Source: a virus
Virus record (IMG/VR): IMGVR_UViG_3300045988_135453
Length of the DNA stretch: 64,000 nucleotides
Strand: one strand, 5' to 3'
Part shown: positions 60,516 to 64,000 of the stretch, in pieces
Layout of the letters: every line of letters starts with the position of its first letter
Position numbering within the stretch: position 1 is the stretch's first letter
Made by a program: the position numbers and the translations under genes
Notes under the pieces: model-generated
The model's database searches: none
What the model was told of the DNA's origin: nothing
What the model saw: the letters and a program-made list of their open reading frames with translations, nothing else

Positions 60516-60744
60516 ATTCAATCATTAATCGCCATCCGTGACGAGGTGCAGGATTACCCCATTGCTGAGTTACGGTTCCTATGCAGGTTCCGCTCCAATG
60601 GATGCGCTGATGAAAATCGTCAAATGGATGCTTTTTAATCATATTCAATCATTATACAGTGTGGCATTTGTAGTCGTTGGCTCGAAGGGCGGGCGAGAAG
60701 TCTCGTATCTATCAAACAACACCTTGTTTCTTGTTTTCATAGTG

Positions 60745-61206
60745 CTATACTTTAATTTCCGGACTAAATTTCATTATCTTGAGGGCGAGCTGTAGTTCGT
60801 GAACGTACTTTATATGACATAAGAGTGCATAGCCTGTCACGTTGTAATACTTTATGAATATTGCCCAAGCGTATTTTTTCCGTTCTACAACCAAATATCT
60901 GGCAAGGGAACTGCCTGCTCTGGCTTTGATTGGCCTTGTGAAGTACTTGCCCTCGACCTCTTCCTTAAAGTCATTATTGCAAAGTATTTCGGGCGTGACG
61001 GGCACGCCATCAATGTTACAGCACCAAGCCACCCAGGGACCGTCATCGTCGTCGTTGACAGCCTTCAGACTGACAACTCCCTTCTTGTCTTCATACTGTC
61101 GGTCGGGATGAATTTCGGTAACGATGCACAACGTGTCTTTCAGAAACATGCAGTCTTTGTTTGTCTGCACAATGTCGCCTATTCTAAGGTCTTCTGCATT
61201 AATCAT
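60745..61206 (-). CDS. hypothetical protein
   Basis: Start moved to MINAEDLRIGDIV, just past the upstream stop at 61217. Confidence 0.55.
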   Translation of the reverse strand: MINAEDLRIGDIVQTNKDCMFLKDTLCIVTEIHPDRQYEDKKGVVSLKAVNDDDDGPWVAWCCNIDGVPVTPEILCNNDFKEEVEGKYFTRPIKARAGSSLARYLVVERKKYAWAIFIKYYNVTGYALLCHIKYVHELQLALKIMKFSPEIKV

Positions 61207-61216
61207 TGTCTGCCTC

Positions 61217-61684
61217 CTATTCTTCAGTCTTAAAGTATTCGCCGTATTGTTGCCACTTCTCTTCATGGATATTGCCGACAACCTCGAAGTCTTGTATTAT
61301 CTCTTGCGAAATGGAATTACAGATGTCTCTGACGGACAACTTGGGTGTCTTGATAGCCGCAATATAGAACGATGCCGCTTTCTCGCTCCAACTTATCGCG
61401 CCGTAATAATTGTCATACTCGTGGGCTTCGGTACAACTGAACGGATAGATGTCGGACCGCAGTACGTCGCCTTCATAAACCTCCTTGCCATTCTTATCGG
61501 TGAAGCCGGTGAACTGGCAGACGGTGGAGGGGTCAACTTGAAATACCCCGGTAAAACCCATTCTGCCATCTTCTTCTTCAACAAAACCCAAGATGTTTAA
61601 TTTGCCATCAAGAGAATGGGCCAAATCACCTGAAACCCACTGCCCATTCATAAGACTTTTGCCCTTAAACTTAATTGTTCTCAT
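61217..61684 (-). CDS. YopX-family protein
   Basis: MRTIKFKGKSL...QFTGFTDKNGKEVYEGDVL...FEVVGNIHE follows the YopX pattern (IKFRaW...YTGlkDknGkeIyEGDIv...eViGNIyE). Confidence 0.75.
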   Translation of the reverse strand: MRTIKFKGKSLMNGQWVSGDLAHSLDGKLNILGFVEEEDGRMGFTGVFQVDPSTVCQFTGFTDKNGKEVYEGDVLRSDIYPFSCTEAHEYDNYYGAISWSEKAASFYIAAIKTPKLSVRDICNSISQEIIQDFEVVGNIHEEKWQQYGEYFKTEE

Positions 61685-61712
61685 TGTTCTCTATATTTTC
61701 GTTAATACTCAC
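61685..61712 (-). promoter_or_regulatory. conserved leader GTATTAACGAAAATATAGAGAACA-ATG
   Basis: Plus strand reads tgttctctatattttcgttaatactcac. Confidence 0.45.
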
Positions 61713-61717
61713 ATCGT

Positions 61718-61981
61718 TTATCTCTTTCTTCGTTTCGCCTTGCGTCGCTCTTGCAGGTTATGCCGCACAAGTGTCGTAATGGTGAACGATGGCGATCCGT
61801 CGGGCAAGATTAAACGGAATATCCTCTTTATCTTGCCTTCAAGAAAATCGTCTATCTCTTTCAGTACTACGCGAAGAACCTCACTCTGCGGCTTCTTCTC
61901 TCCAGTCTGATGCAAATACATTTGACGAACATATTCCCAATTGACGGTCACGATGTATTGTCTTTCTTTATGTATCTTCAT
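61718..61981 (-). CDS. hypothetical protein
   Basis: 87-aa ORF from the ORF track. Confidence 0.6.
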   Translation of the reverse strand: MKIHKERQYIVTVNWEYVRQMYLHQTGEKKPQSEVLRVVLKEIDDFLEGKIKRIFRLILPDGSPSFTITTLVRHNLQERRKAKRRKR

Positions 61982-62014
61982 ATTCCTCTACAAATCCTTC
62001 ATGTTGTTTTAATT

Positions 62015-62099
62015 AACTACGGATGACACGGAAAACACGAACATCTTTCTTTGCACGTCGCGACGAAGCGTTTTCGTGATTTTCGTGAAATTCGTAGTT
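62015..62099. repeat. 85-bp palindrome with AACTACGAATTTCACGAAAATCACGAA-type arms
   Basis: Left arm aactacggatgacacggaaaacacgaa. Right arm ttcgtgattttcgtgaaattcgtagtt (22/27 complementary). Central 10-bp palindrome cgtcgcgacg. Confidence 0.75.
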
Positions 62100-62107
62100 T
62101 CTTATCT

Positions 62108-62542
62108 TTATTCCTCTTTTATGCCGAAGGGTGTGCCGTCGGCGAATGTGAAAGCCTTAAAAGCATCCTTGAAATCGTATTGTGGTCTATCACTAATTTC
62201 AACATTTGTATTATACACAGCACTTATACAAGCCCTAAATCGTAGATTTTTAATACTATCTAAGAACAGAACCCATCCGAACGGCTGATGATTGAGCATC
62301 TCCTGCCAGCATTCTTCAGCGTTCTTAAACGAGCGGTACCTGGGTCCGGGCTTGATACGGTAGTCGTACAAATCAGGTATAAAAAGATGGTCTTCATCCA
62401 CATCTACCCATTTATTGTTGAAATTAAGCTCTCCTGGATGTTCAATCTTAAAGCTAAGGTCAACTTTGTAATATTGGATAGTTTTGCCATTTACATACGC
62501 CTGCATTACATCCACCAACTGCTTTATTTTCTCTTTTCTCAT
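62108..62542 (-). CDS. hypothetical protein
   Basis: 144-aa ORF from the ORF track. Confidence 0.65.
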   Translation of the reverse strand: MRKEKIKQLVDVMQAYVNGKTIQYYKVDLSFKIEHPGELNFNNKWVDVDEDHLFIPDLYDYRIKPGPRYRSFKNAEECWQEMLNHQPFGWVLFLDSIKNLRFRACISAVYNTNVEISDRPQYDFKDAFKAFTFADGTPFGIKEE

Positions 62543-62570
62543 TGTCTTCTACATTTTCGTTAATACTTAC
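62543..62570 (-). promoter_or_regulatory. conserved leader, copy
   Basis: Plus strand reads tgtcttctacattttcgttaatacttac. Confidence 0.45.
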
Positions 62571-62592
62571 GATAACACAATATATTGTTGTA

Positions 62593-63768
62593 TTATTTCG
62601 CTTTGAAGTTGTATATCGGTTTAATTCTCCTCACCACGTCCACCGTGTCGGCTATAAGCGATTCTATCTCTTCAGCCGACTTATACGCCATGGGCGACTC
62701 GTCGATTGTTGACTCACATACCGATGTGGAGTAAATGTCGTGCATCTGCTGTCGGTATTCCTCCATGCTGAGCTGCTTCTTGGCCGCCGAGCGCGACATT
62801 AGTCTGCCAGCACCGTGGGGAGCCGAGCAAAGCCAGTCTTCATTGCCCTTGCCGCGGCATATCAACGAACCGTCGCGCATATTAAGTGGGATGATAAGCT
62901 GTTCGCCATTTTCGGCACGCACGGCTCCTTTTCGGATGATGCCTGAGTGTATGTCGAAATAGTTATGCCTGGTGGTAAAGAAATCCACGAACGGTAAATG
63001 AAGCCCATGGATGATAGTCATTGCTATATTCCATCTGTTGTCGTCGGCAAAACACTGACAGACGTTCGCTGCAAAAATATAGGCATCGAGGTCTTCTCCC
63101 TCAAGATAGGCGAGATCGGGAGGTACGGTGCCCAAACGACGCAATGTATTGTTAATCTCCTTCTCTAAGCCGTACTTCTTTAAGTCTTCGATGATGCGCT
63201 TGCGCTCCTCGTTTCGATTCACATTCTTCTTGGCTAAGTGTTGGAAATAGTTGCACACCTTAACTCCGAGATTGCGACTGCCCGAATGTATCACAAGATA
63301 CTTATAACCCTGCTCGTCCTCGTCAAGCTCGATAAAGTGATTGCCGCCACCGAGGGTGCCAAGCGAGCGTCCGATATAGTCGGGGTCGAAGCAGCCTTGT
63401 GTCCTTTCGTATAAATCGAGCAAAAGATGTGACGTAAGCGGATTCAAAACTTTTAGCTTGGACTTTTCGTGAACGTCAAATCCACTCGGCACCGACTCGT
63501 TGATGATTCGGTCGAGAAGCGAAAGGTTTATATCCTTCTCGGCGAACTTGAATACCAACATACCACAGCCTATATCCACGCCTACGGTATTAGGCACGAC
63601 CTTGCCACGGGTTTCAATCACAGTGCCTACGGTGCATCCCTTGCCGGCATGGCAGTCAGGCATAATGCGAATCTTGCAGTCGCGGTATGCCTCGCTCTCT
63701 GCCATCTGCCTTACTTGCTTCTGGGCTTCAGGCTCGATGGTCTTGGCAAAAATCTTTACGTTCTTCAT
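62593..63768 (-). CDS. rtcB: RtcB-family RNA ligase (3'-phosphate/5'-hydroxyl)
   Basis: 391 aa. Contains MPDCHAGKGCTVGTV, GVDIGCGM, GGGNHFIELD, HSGSRNLG and APHGAGR, the metal- and GTP-binding His/Cys motifs of RtcB. Confidence 0.9.
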   Translation of the reverse strand: MKNVKIFAKTIEPEAQKQVRQMAESEAYRDCKIRIMPDCHAGKGCTVGTVIETRGKVVPNTVGVDIGCGMLVFKFAEKDINLSLLDRIINESVPSGFDVHEKSKLKVLNPLTSHLLLDLYERTQGCFDPDYIGRSLGTLGGGNHFIELDEDEQGYKYLVIHSGSRNLGVKVCNYFQHLAKKNVNRNEERKRIIEDLKKYGLEKEINNTLRRLGTVPPDLAYLEGEDLDAYIFAANVCQCFADDNRWNIAMTIIHGLHLPFVDFFTTRHNYFDIHSGIIRKGAVRAENGEQLIIPLNMRDGSLICRGKGNEDWLCSAPHGAGRLMSRSAAKKQLSMEEYRQQMHDIYSTSVCESTIDESPMAYKSAEEIESLIADTVDVVRRIKPIYNFKAK

Positions 63769-63797
63769 ACTCTATATTTTCGTTAATACATTATCGC
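63769..63797 (-). promoter_or_regulatory. conserved leader, copy
   Basis: Plus strand reads actctatattttcgttaatacattatcgc. Confidence 0.45.
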
Positions 63798-63800
63798 TTG

Positions 63801-63995
63801 CTATGATTTTAGAATATTGTAGTAATCCTGCAATTCCTCGTCACATTCAGGTGGCCAAAGTGTGCATACCTTCATGCCGTTGTTGTCGATAAGAGGTTTG
63901 GCTAACGGCAGGATTGCGTGCGGCTCTTTGTGCCACTCTATGACTGTTCCATCGTTGTATTTTGTAGGATTGTCATCAGAGCCATACTTTAGCAA
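63801..63995 (-). CDS. hypothetical protein; its start may lie beyond the window end
   Basis: 64-aa ORF touching the window edge. Confidence 0.45.
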   Translation of the reverse strand: MLKYGSDDNPTKYNDGTVIEWHKEPHAILPLAKPLIDNNGMKVCTLWPPECDEELQDYYNILKS

Positions 63996-64000
63996 AAAGA

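Noticed and set aside
1-64000. Search for integrase, transposase, IS elements or att-like direct repeats indicating a mobile insertion
   Set aside because: No recombinase-like motifs (tyrosine R..H..R..Y, serine-recombinase N-terminus, DDE) were recognisable in any ORF. The only long direct repeats are the two iteron cassettes, described in the findings.

Overview
This 64-kb window looks like part of a tailed-phage genome that also carries plasmid-type maintenance genes, so it may be a phage-plasmid. The host is probably Bacteroidota. That guess rests on TTTG/TAnnTTTG-type promoter boxes, AU-rich leaders without Shine-Dalgarno sequences, and lipoprotein morons. About 85 genes are present, almost all on the minus strand. 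Read along the minus strand from 64000 downward, the modules are: (1) accessory and early genes, including RtcB RNA ligase, YopX, a circularly permuted C5 cytosine methyltransferase, a GNAT and a LemA-like/membrane module; (2) a structural block opening with a portal-like gene (52000), containing a beta-class DNA methyltransferase and a run of large tail, baseplate and fibre-like proteins; (3) a diversity-generating retroelement (DGR): a 1118-aa fibre-like target with a C-terminal variable repeat (VR), a template repeat (TR) and a reverse transcriptase; (4) lysis genes (holin-like membrane proteins, GH24-type lysozyme); (5) about 30 small genes of unknown function with recurring intergenic motifs; (6) a partition and replication-control block: ParA, a ribbon-helix-helix partner, a centromere-like repeat field, two iteron cassettes flanking a secreted-protein gene, and a Rep_3-like initiator; (7) replication genes: an HTH regulator, a DEDDh exonuclease, a 1242-aa primase-helicase, an SSB-like protein and a clamp-like protein. 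I saw no rRNA, tRNA, CRISPR array, integrase, transposase, terminase or major capsid gene in this window. The strongest finding is the DGR. Its RT reads FGDN where RTs carry YxDD, no Avd-like gene is present, and the TR lies inside a continuous 611-codon ORF. All product names come from motifs read by eye. No database search, HMM search or folding program was run, so functions are hypotheses.
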